From assembly GCA_045605765.1 (NCBI GenBank), contig JAZUQQ010000031.1:169-64168 (forward strand): 64,000 nt of DNA. The letters run 5' to 3'. The DNA is from Eubacteriales bacterium (GTDB lineage Bacteria; Bacillota; Clostridia; Oscillospirales; CAG-272). Positions 20,351 to 28,037 of this stretch are shown here, piece after piece (the stretch's first letter is position 1; every line of letters begins with the position of its first letter). Below the pieces are notes generated by a model. The model was not told where the DNA came from, made no database searches, and was given only the letters and a program-made list of their open reading frames with translations. A program made the translations under genes and the position numbers.

Positions 20351-21181
20351 ATGTCACACGAATACGTAATAGGTATAGATATAGGCGGAAGCACTACTAA
20401 GATCGTAGGCTTTGATGAAAATAAAAATCTCGTCGTGCCCATGTTCGTACATGCTGAGGATCAGCTCACATCAATATACGGGGCATTCGGTAAATTTACG
20501 GCTGAAAATCACATAGATCTTTCTCAAATAAAGAAAATAATGCTTACAGGCGTTGGAGCTACCTATATAACAAGTCCGCTTTATAATATTCCGTGCGAGA
20601 CTCTCGTCGAGTTTCCTTGCGTAGGAAGAGGAGGACTGTATCTGTCTGGTCTTGATGAAGCAATAGTCGTAAGTATGGGAACCGGAACTGCTATCGTTCA
20701 TGCGAGCAGTGACGGAAAATTTGAATATCTCGGCGGAACGGGTGTAGGCGGCGGTACGCTTATCGGACTTTCAAAAAAACTTCTCGGAACAGATAATATT
20801 GCTAATATCGTTGAGCTTGCAGAGCAGGGTGATATTTCAAAGGTCGACCTTCGTGTTAGCGATATAACCAGGACTGACATCCATCCGGGACTTGCACCCG
20901 ACCTTACCGCGTCGAATTTTGGTAAGCTCAGCGATCTTGCAACGCCTTCGGATATTGCACTCGGACTTTTCAATATGATATTTGAATCGGTTGCTATGAT
21001 AGCGGCGTTCGCAGCAAGAAGATACGGCATAAAAAATATCGTACTTACCGGAAATATGACAACCCTTCCGCAAGCAAAGCAGGTTTTTGAAAATATGAAT
21101 AACCTGTTTGATGTAAACTATATAATTCCCGAAAACTCACGATTTGGAACGGTCATAGGCGCTGCTCTCGCACTAATATAA
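20351..21181 (+). CDS. Type II pantothenate kinase-like (ASKHA/fumble family)
   Basis: GIDIGGSTTK, VSMGTGT, YLGGTGVGGGTLIGL, ASNFGK, VLTGN. Confidence 0.82.
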   Translation: MSHEYVIGIDIGGSTTKIVGFDENKNLVVPMFVHAEDQLTSIYGAFGKFTAENHIDLSQIKKIMLTGVGATYITSPLYNIPCETLVEFPCVGRGGLYLSGLDEAIVVSMGTGTAIVHASSDGKFEYLGGTGVGGGTLIGLSKKLLGTDNIANIVELAEQGDISKVDLRVSDITRTDIHPGLAPDLTASNFGKLSDLATPSDIALGLFNMIFESVAMIAAFAARRYGIKNIVLTGNMTTLPQAKQVFENMNNLFDVNYIIPENSRFGTVIGAALALI

Positions 21182-21191
21182 ACTAAAACAC

Positions 21192-21218
21192 AAAAAAGCC
21201 GATATTGTCGGCTTTTTT
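21192..21218. terminator. Bidirectional terminator between the kinase gene and spoVT
   Basis: AAAAAAGCCGA-loop-TCGGCTTTTTT. Confidence 0.85.
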
Positions 21219-21242
21219 GCACATATTAGGTTAACTCTTATA

Positions 21243-21791
21243 TCAGCTTTCAAGCTGCTTTCCGAGAAAGCTCGCTGCAGTCATAACAAGCTTTTTTTCA
21301 ACATCTGTATCTATCGATTTTTCGCTCTCAGAGGTGTAAAGCGAAATTACACATCCCGCGATGTCGCCCTCGCTGATTATCGGTACGGCACAGCTTATAA
21401 AATGATCGGTAGGATCCGGAGTGACGTGTATTTTTTCTTTGCCGCTTTCATAAACGTAAATAGTGCGATTTTCGATTATTTTTTCAAGCTCACTTGATAA
21501 AGATTTGTCTGCATACTCCTTTTTAGGAACACCCGAAAAGGCAATTACCGAGCTTCGGTCGCACACCACGACCGCCATAGAACAAGTCTTGTGTAGCGTT
21601 TCGGCGTACTGTGACGCCACGGTGTTTAGTTCTCCTATCGGTGAATATTTTTTAAAAATCACCTCACCCTCGCGATCTGTAAATATTTCGAGAGGGTCCC
21701 CCTCTTTTATTCGCATCGTTCTGCGGATTTCCTTGGGAATGACCACCCTGCCGAGGTCGTCTATGCGACGTACGATTCCTGTTGCTTTCAT
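21243..21791 (-). CDS. spoVT: Stage V sporulation protein T (AbrB-type DNA-binding domain plus GAF domain)
   Basis: MKATGIVRRIDDLGRVVIPKEIRRTMRIKEGDPLEIF...KKYSPIGEL...FLGKQLES; 182 aa with GAF C-terminus. Confidence 0.95.
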   Translation of the reverse strand: MKATGIVRRIDDLGRVVIPKEIRRTMRIKEGDPLEIFTDREGEVIFKKYSPIGELNTVASQYAETLHKTCSMAVVVCDRSSVIAFSGVPKKEYADKSLSSELEKIIENRTIYVYESGKEKIHVTPDPTDHFISCAVPIISEGDIAGCVISLYTSESEKSIDTDVEKKLVMTAASFLGKQLES

Positions 21792-21826
21792 ATATACATT
21801 TCTCCTTAAATTACAAATTGTAATGT

Positions 21827-21855
21827 TATTATCTGTATTTTGAGGAGATTTATAC
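21827..21855 (-). promoter_or_regulatory. Forespore sigma-G/sigma-F-type promoter of spoVT (copy A)
   Basis: GTATA-17 bp-GATAATA upstream of spoVT; both boxes are conserved in copy B. Confidence 0.65.
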
Positions 21856-21862
21856 TGCAAGA

Positions 21863-21891
21863 TTTACTTTTGAAATGAAATATGATATAAT
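21863..21891 (+). promoter_or_regulatory. sigma-A promoter for the acyltransferase
   Basis: TTTACT-17-TATAAT with extended TG. Confidence 0.5.
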
Positions 21892-21911
21892 AAAACAAAG
21901 GCGGTGAAGGT

Positions 21912-22961
21912 ATGAAAACTCAAAAAAATTATACACTTGAATTATTAAAATTGTTTGCATCATACATGGTGGTGTTTATTCACATAATGTTTTATGGGAA
22001 AACAGGTATTATTATGGATACTTTAGCCCGATTTGCAGTACCTCTTTTCTTTTTAATATCTGGCTATTATTCTTTTCAAATTAAACCTGAAAAAATCACA
22101 AAAAGAATAAGACACCTATTAGGTTTAATTATATTTGCGACAGTTTGTTACACCTTGTTTAACATAGCAATTTTATTGTCAAAAGGTAGTGTGGACGGAA
22201 TTGTTTCCTATTTTAGTAAGTATCTTAATATTTTAACCCTAATTAAAATTTTTATATTCAATATTCCCGTTAGCTCTGTGCATTTATGGTTTTTGTTGGC
22301 TCTTGTTTATGTCTATTTTATTTTTTATTTTGCAACTGTATTTCGTTTTAACGAAAAAGCTATATTTTTTATTTCGTTTTTGTTATTGTTTTTACATATA
22401 TTGTTAGGCGAATGCCTTTCTTCGGTTGGAATTGTGGTGCCCATTCCGATTGTGCGAAATTTTGCCCTAATGGGTATTCCGTTTTTTGGACTGGGTTTAT
22501 TCACAAAAAAACACGAGAACAAATTACGCAGCATCCCTAATTATGTGCTTATTATAACGGCTGCAATAGGAATTTTTGAATCCCTATTTTCTCGATATTT
22601 TTTTGGCAAAAATGAGTTATATGTTGGTTCTCTGCTTGTTTTGTTTGCGATTGTTGTTGTGTTTATTAAGTATCCAACTGTCAAAAAAACTCCGTTTTTT
22701 AATGCCCTGTCAGGTTGCAGCACCTATGTTTATATTTTCCATATTATGATTTCTTCTGTGATTCGCCAAATATATAAACTATTTACCATTGATTTTAACA
22801 CTTCTATAATTCTTAAATACGCACATCCCATCATAGTGTGCGTTGCATCAACCATCTTTGCATACGGAATTATACAACTGTTAAATGTTCTTTCATCAAA
22901 AAAACAAAAGCAAACCACAGGGGACAAAACGAAAACCACAGGGGACGGTTCTGTGTGTTAA
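21912..22961 (+). CDS. Acyltransferase family 3 (OafA/WecH-like membrane O-acyltransferase)
   Basis: LELLKLFASYMVVFIH, RFAVPLFFLISGY, HLWFL, multiple TM helices; visibly more AT-rich than flanking genes. Confidence 0.85.
   Translation: MKTQKNYTLELLKLFASYMVVFIHIMFYGKTGIIMDTLARFAVPLFFLISGYYSFQIKPEKITKRIRHLLGLIIFATVCYTLFNIAILLSKGSVDGIVSYFSKYLNILTLIKIFIFNIPVSSVHLWFLLALVYVYFIFYFATVFRFNEKAIFFISFLLLFLHILLGECLSSVGIVVPIPIVRNFALMGIPFFGLGLFTKKHENKLRSIPNYVLIITAAIGIFESLFSRYFFGKNELYVGSLLVLFAIVVVFIKYPTVKKTPFFNALSGCSTYVYIFHIMISSVIRQIYKLFTIDFNTSIILKYAHPIIVCVASTIFAYGIIQLLNVLSSKKQKQTTGDKTKTTGDGSVC
22912..22946 (+). repeat. 14-bp direct repeat AAACCACAGGGGAC x2 (21-bp period)
   Basis: Copies at 22912-22925 and 22933-22946, followed by GGTTCTGTGTG. 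Confidence 0.85.
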
Positions 22962-22963
22962 CT

Positions 22964-22995
22964 AAAAAAGCGAGGTGAATTTCACCTTGCTTTTT
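22964..22995. terminator. Bidirectional terminator after the acyltransferase
   Basis: AAAAAAGCGAGGTGA-loop-TCACCTTGCTTTTT. Confidence 0.8.
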
Positions 22996-23143
22996 CTATG
23001 TATAAAACCGCCGAAAACCATAAAATTAGGGGCTTGTGTTCAATAGGGCAAACCAGCGAAAACCAGTGTTTATGCGGGTTTAAGTCGGTTTGCCCTATTA
23101 TAACGCATTCCTCTGTTCTTCTCACAATACCTGTTGCTTTCAT
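22982..23143 (-). pseudogene. Truncated spoVT 5' copy fused to unrelated sequence (53-aa ORF MKATGIVRRTEECVIIGQT...)
   Basis: First 9 codons encode MKATGIVRR as in spoVT, with synonymous differences; GAGGAG RBS; not in the ORF track (<60 aa). Confidence 0.7.
23042..23099. repeat. 13-bp perfect inverted repeat with 32-nt spacer
   Basis: AATAGGGCAAACC (23042-23054) / GGTTTGCCCTATT (23087-23099). Confidence 0.9.
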
Positions 23144-23223
23144 ATATAAAAACTCCTCGCTTTACAAATTTGTACTGTTAGTATCTGTAAAACAAGGAGA
23201 TTTATACTGCAGCAATTACTTTT
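23130..23223 (-). repeat. Second copy (B) of the spoVT promoter/RBS/start region, imperfect direct repeat of 21778-21871
   Basis: Shared blocks CCTGTTGCTTTCATATATA, TTACAAATT, TATCTGTA, AGGAGATTTATACTGCA; promoter GTATA-17-GATACTA at 23179-23207. Confidence 0.88.
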
Positions 23224-23321
23224 TATGACCCGTTTATATACATTAAAATACCAAGTTTCTATACAAAATACACCAAAACTATTAAAAAAATGTTATAAAC
23301 TACTTACATAACATATTCGCC

Positions 23322-23351
23322 TTGACAAGATTGGTTCAGAGAGTATATAAT
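23322..23351 (+). promoter_or_regulatory. sigma-A promoter for the large surface protein
   Basis: TTGACA-18-TATAAT. Confidence 0.7.
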
Positions 23352-23427
23352 TAAAAGGTAAAAATGGCGCTATGGCTCTACGCGTCATTTTATCACTACA
23401 AAAATTTTTTAGAAAGGAAACAAAAGT

Positions 23428-26400
23428 ATGAAAAAACTAATCGCAATTATCCTGACACTTTCATTTATTCTCACACTTATCCCGGTTACCTTTTCATCCT
23501 ATGCCGCTACGGAGGTTATCCTCAATAACGCAAACAAAGGCTGGACCGCCAATAAAGCGACCGATCGCTTCGTAACAGACGGGGAGCAGGAATTTTACTG
23601 GAAAACTGGTGCGACCGATGTTAACACATGGGAATGGCCGGTTTACCGCTCAGAAAGTCTTGAAGAGGGAGTGATTGAGGCGGTCATCAGCCCTTCGGCT
23701 AATATCGGTATCCTCTTTGGAGCTACGGGTATTGATTTAGTCGCGGATGGCAGCGGCAATGGCCTTGACAGCACTACGAAAGATATCAGATTTTATTGGG
23801 TGGCTATCACCGAAAATAACGGAACTTACAACCTTGTTTTCAGAAAGGATAGCAATGCGTATGGCAAGTATGCTGATGATGATGCTGATGCTGATAATGA
23901 CGTACTTAATTTCAAACTTGATGAGAAGTATAACATTGACGGTAAGTCTGATATCAGGCTGAGAGTACACTTCAAGAAGGAAGGCTACATTCAATTTTAC
24001 ATTAACGATGTTGCTTCTTCTTCACGCACGGGTACGGAATGGGCGACATTTGGCAATCAGCTCGGTATGTGTGTTACCACTGTTAAAGGTTATTATACCG
24101 AGGAAAATGCAAAGGTCGGATACGTTAAGGAGTTTTCGTTCAACGATAACTTTTATAACAACTGGACGCCCAGACGCGGAGTTCTCGGAGTTCCATCGTT
24201 CATACCTTACGCGCAAGGCGAATATCAATGGCTCTATCAAGATAATGACCAATGGAACAACCCGATTCGTTATAACACCGATCTTGACGAAGGAACTATT
24301 ACGGCAACTGTTACCAAAGGCTCAAAAACAGGTATTATATTCGGCGCAACGGGTCTTGATAATGTAAATGACGATGGTTCTTCTGTGGCGAATGCAGCCG
24401 GTCTTAAGTATTACTGGGCTAACGTTAACGGAAACACGTTGACGCTCGAAGTAGATTCTAAAGACGATAAACCAAAGGAGCCTTGGAAAACTGTTACTCT
24501 TCCGATATCCTCGGATGAAGCTGACTATACTATTAAAGTAAAATTCAGCAAACAGGGAGATATTTCGGTATCTGTAAATGACAAGGAGTATATTGCTGTA
24601 ACGGCAGAGGATCTTGGAAAGGCAGGCTTTGAAATCTACGGAAAAGAAGTAGGAATGATGGCTGTTCAGGTTAAGGATGCCGATGTAGTTGCAAACTCAG
24701 TCGCGGGAAGCGTTAAGGAATTTACCATTCACGTTTGCACCCCCGGCGCAGAGGCTGACTGTGATAGCGCACAGACCTGTACCGTATGCGGCGAGGTAAT
24801 TAATCCCGCACTCGGACACACCCCCGGCGCAGCGGCTGACTGTGAAAACGATCAGACCTGTACCGTATGCGGCGAGGTTCTGACTGAAAAGCTTGGACAC
24901 ACTGCTGGCGCAGAGGCTGACTGTGAAAACGATCAGACCTGTACCGTATGTGGTGATGTAATTAAAGCAGCACTTGGACACGACTACGACGCAGTAGTAA
25001 CTGAGCCCACCTGCACTGAGGCTGGATACACCACCTACACCTGCTCGGTATGCGGCGACAGCTACACTGATGATGAAACCGATGCACTCGCACACGACTA
25101 CGACGCAGTTGTAACTGAGCCCACCTGCACTGAGGCTGGATACACCACCTACACCTGCTCGGTATGCGGCGACAGCTATACTGACGACGAAACCGAAGCA
25201 CTCGGACACAGCTACGACGCAGTTGTAACTGAGCCCACCTGCACTGAGGCTGGATACACCACTTACACTTGCTCGGTATGCGACGACAGCTATACTGACG
25301 ACGAAACCGAAGCACTCGGACACAGCTACGACGCAGTTGTAACTGCACCTACCTGCACCGACAAGGGTTACACCACTTACACTTGCTCGGTATGCGACGA
25401 CAGCTACGTTGCTGACGAAGTAGCGGCACTCGGACACACTGAGGGCACTCCTGTTCGTGAGAACGAGGTTCCCGCAACTCTGAACGCTCCCGGCTCCTAC
25501 GACGAAGTAGTTTACTGCTCCGTATGTAACGAAGAGCTCAGCCGTGAGCCGAAGACCATCGATCAGCTGACCGGCGCGGTCGCTGAGATCGACGGTACTT
25601 ACTACGCAACCTTGGCAGAGGCAGTTGCTAATGCAAAGGATGGCGCTATCATCACTCTGTTGAAGTCTGTTAAGGGCTCCGGCGTCGTAATCGATAAGAA
25701 CATAACTATCGACTTCGGCGGCTACACCTACACCTTCACTACTCCTGCTGTCGGCTCTAAAGGCACTACCACTTTGGGCTTCCAGATTCTTCAGAACAAC
25801 ACTGTTGTCCTGAAGAACGGTAAACTTGAAGTTTCTGTGGAGAATAAGAAGGACTACGCTATGTTGATTCAGAACTACGCTGACCTGACCATCACCGGCA
25901 TGATCTTAGATGGCACTCAGCTGGACCGCTTCAACGGCTATAACTACTCCTATGTTGTTTCCGTTAACTGCGGTACTGTTCTGATTGAGAACACCACTAT
26001 CATCGGTAACGATGAGGGCGATGCTTACGCACTGTCTGCTGATAAGTACGCTTCCTATGCAATCCCCAATGTTACTGTTAAGAACGTTACCGTTACCGGT
26101 AATATCAGCGTTGGCGGCGGCAATCTGACCATCGAGTCCGGCTCCTTCAAGGGAAATGGCTCTAACGGCTTGATTTATGTAGAAAGCGGCAACGTTGAGA
26201 TCAACGGCGGTACCTTCGAGGCAACTCTTGGTGCTGACAACTACTCTATGGCTATTTGGGCTAAGGGTGGCGAGGTCGTTATCAATAACGGTACCTTCAA
26301 GAATGCTACCGACGGTTCTGTACGCGGAACTGACCTTATCTACGCTTCCGCAAATGGCGCAGTCGTCATTAACGGCGGTAGATTTGAGGCAGCTACTCCC

Positions 26401-27888
26401 GCATGGACTCTCAACCTTAAAGATGCTGACCGCGCTACTGCAAGCATCGTTGTTAACGGCGGTGAGTTCGTTAACTTTGATCCTATGAACAGCATCGCAG
26501 AAGGCAACGGCACTAACTTCGTTGCTGAGGGCAAGCATACTGCTGAGGCAAACGGCGTTTACACCATCTGCGGCAAGGCTGCTCTTGAAGCAGTTGAAAA
26601 AAATCGTGTTGAGGCTGATTGCACCAACAACGGTTCTTACGATATGGTTGTTTACTGCGAATGCGGTAAGGAACTCTCTCGCGAGACCTTCACGATTGAT
26701 GCAACCGGACACAGCTACGACGCAGTTGTAACTGAGTCCACCTGCACTGAGGCTGGATACACCACCTACACCTGCTCGGTATGCGGCGACACTTACGTTG
26801 CTGACGAAGTAGCAGCACTCGGACACAAATTTGACAATGTAATTGAAACCGTATCCGGCACCTGCGTTGACGGCGGATACACCGTTTACGAGTGTGCTTG
26901 CGGAGAAACCAATACGGTTCTGGGCGAACTTGGCACCGAACACGTTGTTGATATCAAGAACGCTAAATGGTCGGCAGACAGTGACTACCACTGGATAGTA
27001 TGTGACTGCAACGCAAAGCTTGAAATGGAAGAGCACGACGCCCTTCACTGTACGATCTGTAATTTCTACAGGACTGGTATATATGTAGAAGACGGAAAGT
27101 ACTACTTCATGGAATACACGGGAGAGATTCTTAAGGGCAAGTTCTACGTAACAGAAAATGCATCAAACGGACTTCTCAACGGTGCAGGCTGGTACTATGC
27201 AGATGACGTGACCGGAGAATTCCTTAACGGCTTCCATAAAGTAGAAGGAACGCTTTACTACTTCGTAAACGGACAGGGAGGAGAAAACGGAATCCAGCCT
27301 ATAGAAAACGCTTACTACTGTCTTGACTGGACCGGAGCAGTAAGAATCGGAAAGATCTACGTAACAGAAGAGTCTACAAACAACATAGAAGGCTTCGAAA
27401 AAGGCTGGTACTACACAGATACAAACGGAAGATTCTATAATAAAGACTTCAAATATATCGAAGAAGAGGGATATACCTACTACTTCGAAAACGGACAGGG
27501 AACCTCGAACGGAGTACAGGAGATCGACGGAAAGCTTTACTGCTTCGACTGGCTCGGAAGACTCAGAGCAAACGAGGTAGACGGAAATAGAATCTATGTA
27601 ACTGAAGACTCTGGAAACGGTATAGTAACCGCAGGCTGGTACTACACCGACGAAAAAGGAGCATTCTATAACGAACGTTTTGTAAAGATCGGAGAAACCA
27701 CGTACTATTTCATAAAAGGTAAGGGAATCTCGAACGGAGTACATAAGATCGACGGAAAGCTTTACTGCTTCGACTGGCTCGGAAGACTCAGAACCGGAAA
27801 TATTTTTATCACCGAGGATTCTACTAACGGTAAGGTAAGCACTGGTTGGCATAATACTGCTAACGATGGTTCTATTATTACCGACTAA
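23428..27888 (+). CDS. Large exported/cell-surface modular protein (1486 aa): signal peptide, two beta-sandwich-like repeats, Cys/His repeats, beta-helix-like region, C-terminal wall-binding-type repeats
   Basis: MKKLIAIILTLSFILTLIPVTFSSYAA signal peptide; internal repeats visible in both DNA and protein; GAAAGGA RBS. Confidence 0.85.
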   Translation: MKKLIAIILTLSFILTLIPVTFSSYAATEVILNNANKGWTANKATDRFVTDGEQEFYWKTGATDVNTWEWPVYRSESLEEGVIEAVISPSANIGILFGATGIDLVADGSGNGLDSTTKDIRFYWVAITENNGTYNLVFRKDSNAYGKYADDDADADNDVLNFKLDEKYNIDGKSDIRLRVHFKKEGYIQFYINDVASSSRTGTEWATFGNQLGMCVTTVKGYYTEENAKVGYVKEFSFNDNFYNNWTPRRGVLGVPSFIPYAQGEYQWLYQDNDQWNNPIRYNTDLDEGTITATVTKGSKTGIIFGATGLDNVNDDGSSVANAAGLKYYWANVNGNTLTLEVDSKDDKPKEPWKTVTLPISSDEADYTIKVKFSKQGDISVSVNDKEYIAVTAEDLGKAGFEIYGKEVGMMAVQVKDADVVANSVAGSVKEFTIHVCTPGAEADCDSAQTCTVCGEVINPALGHTPGAAADCENDQTCTVCGEVLTEKLGHTAGAEADCENDQTCTVCGDVIKAALGHDYDAVVTEPTCTEAGYTTYTCSVCGDSYTDDETDALAHDYDAVVTEPTCTEAGYTTYTCSVCGDSYTDDETEALGHSYDAVVTEPTCTEAGYTTYTCSVCDDSYTDDETEALGHSYDAVVTAPTCTDKGYTTYTCSVCDDSYVADEVAALGHTEGTPVRENEVPATLNAPGSYDEVVYCSVCNEELSREPKTIDQLTGAVAEIDGTYYATLAEAVANAKDGAIITLLKSVKGSGVVIDKNITIDFGGYTYTFTTPAVGSKGTTTLGFQILQNNTVVLKNGKLEVSVENKKDYAMLIQNYADLTITGMILDGTQLDRFNGYNYSYVVSVNCGTVLIENTTIIGNDEGDAYALSADKYASYAIPNVTVKNVTVTGNISVGGGNLTIESGSFKGNGSNGLIYVESGNVEINGGTFEATLGADNYSMAIWAKGGEVVINNGTFKNATDGSVRGTDLIYASANGAVVINGGRFEAATPAWTLNLKDADRATASIVVNGGEFVNFDPMNSIAEGNGTNFVAEGKHTAEANGVYTICGKAALEAVEKNRVEADCTNNGSYDMVVYCECGKELSRETFTIDATGHSYDAVVTESTCTEAGYTTYTCSVCGDTYVADEVAALGHKFDNVIETVSGTCVDGGYTVYECACGETNTVLGELGTEHVVDIKNAKWSADSDYHWIVCDCNAKLEMEEHDALHCTICNFYRTGIYVEDGKYYFMEYTGEILKGKFYVTENASNGLLNGAGWYYADDVTGEFLNGFHKVEGTLYYFVNGQGGENGIQPIENAYYCLDWTGAVRIGKIYVTEESTNNIEGFEKGWYYTDTNGRFYNKDFKYIEEEGYTYYFENGQGTSNGVQEIDGKLYCFDWLGRLRANEVDGNRIYVTEDSGNGIVTAGWYYTDEKGAFYNERFVKIGETTYYFIKGKGISNGVHKIDGKLYCFDWLGRLRTGNIFITEDSTNGKVSTGWHNTANDGSIITD
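24736..24978 (+). repeat. Intragenic tandem repeat, 3 x 81 bp (HTPGAEADCENDQTCTVCGEVxxxxLG)
   Basis: Units start at 24736, 24817 and 24898. Confidence 0.92.
24979..25434 (+). repeat. Intragenic tandem repeat, 4 x 114 bp (HxYDAVVTEPTCTEAGYTTYTCSVCGDSYxxDExxALG); fifth copy at 26710-26823
   Basis: Near-identical units start at 24979, 25093, 25207 and 25321. Confidence 0.95.
27100..27880 (+). repeat. About three ~73-75-aa aromatic-rich cell-wall-binding-like repeats
   Basis: YVTExS.N...GWYYxD..G...YYF..G.G..NG...I...YCxDWxG; identical 47-bp blocks at 27521-27567 and 27746-27792. Confidence 0.8.
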
Positions 27889-27906
27889 GTCTTAAATCTC
27901 AAAAAC

Positions 27907-27940
27907 ATTTTACCCCATCCTAACTAGGGTGGGGTAAAAT
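27907..27940 (+). terminator. Terminator-like stem after the surface protein
   Basis: ATTTTACCCCATCCT-loop-AGGGTGGGGTAAAAT. Confidence 0.7.
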
Positions 27941-28037
27941 TATGCGAGAATTTCAATATTAACTGTTGAATATCATAACTTGCTGTGCTATAATATTGTA
28001 TATTAATTTAAAGTTTATGTGGAGAGTAGTAGGTGTT

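Noticed and set aside
21243-21791. AbrB or an antitoxin instead of SpoVT
   Set aside because: The length (182 aa), GAF-type C-terminal domain and forespore-type promoter fit SpoVT.
24736-25434. Tandem repeats as a CRISPR array
   Set aside because: Units are contiguous in-frame 81- and 114-bp coding repeats without unique spacers, and no cas genes are present.
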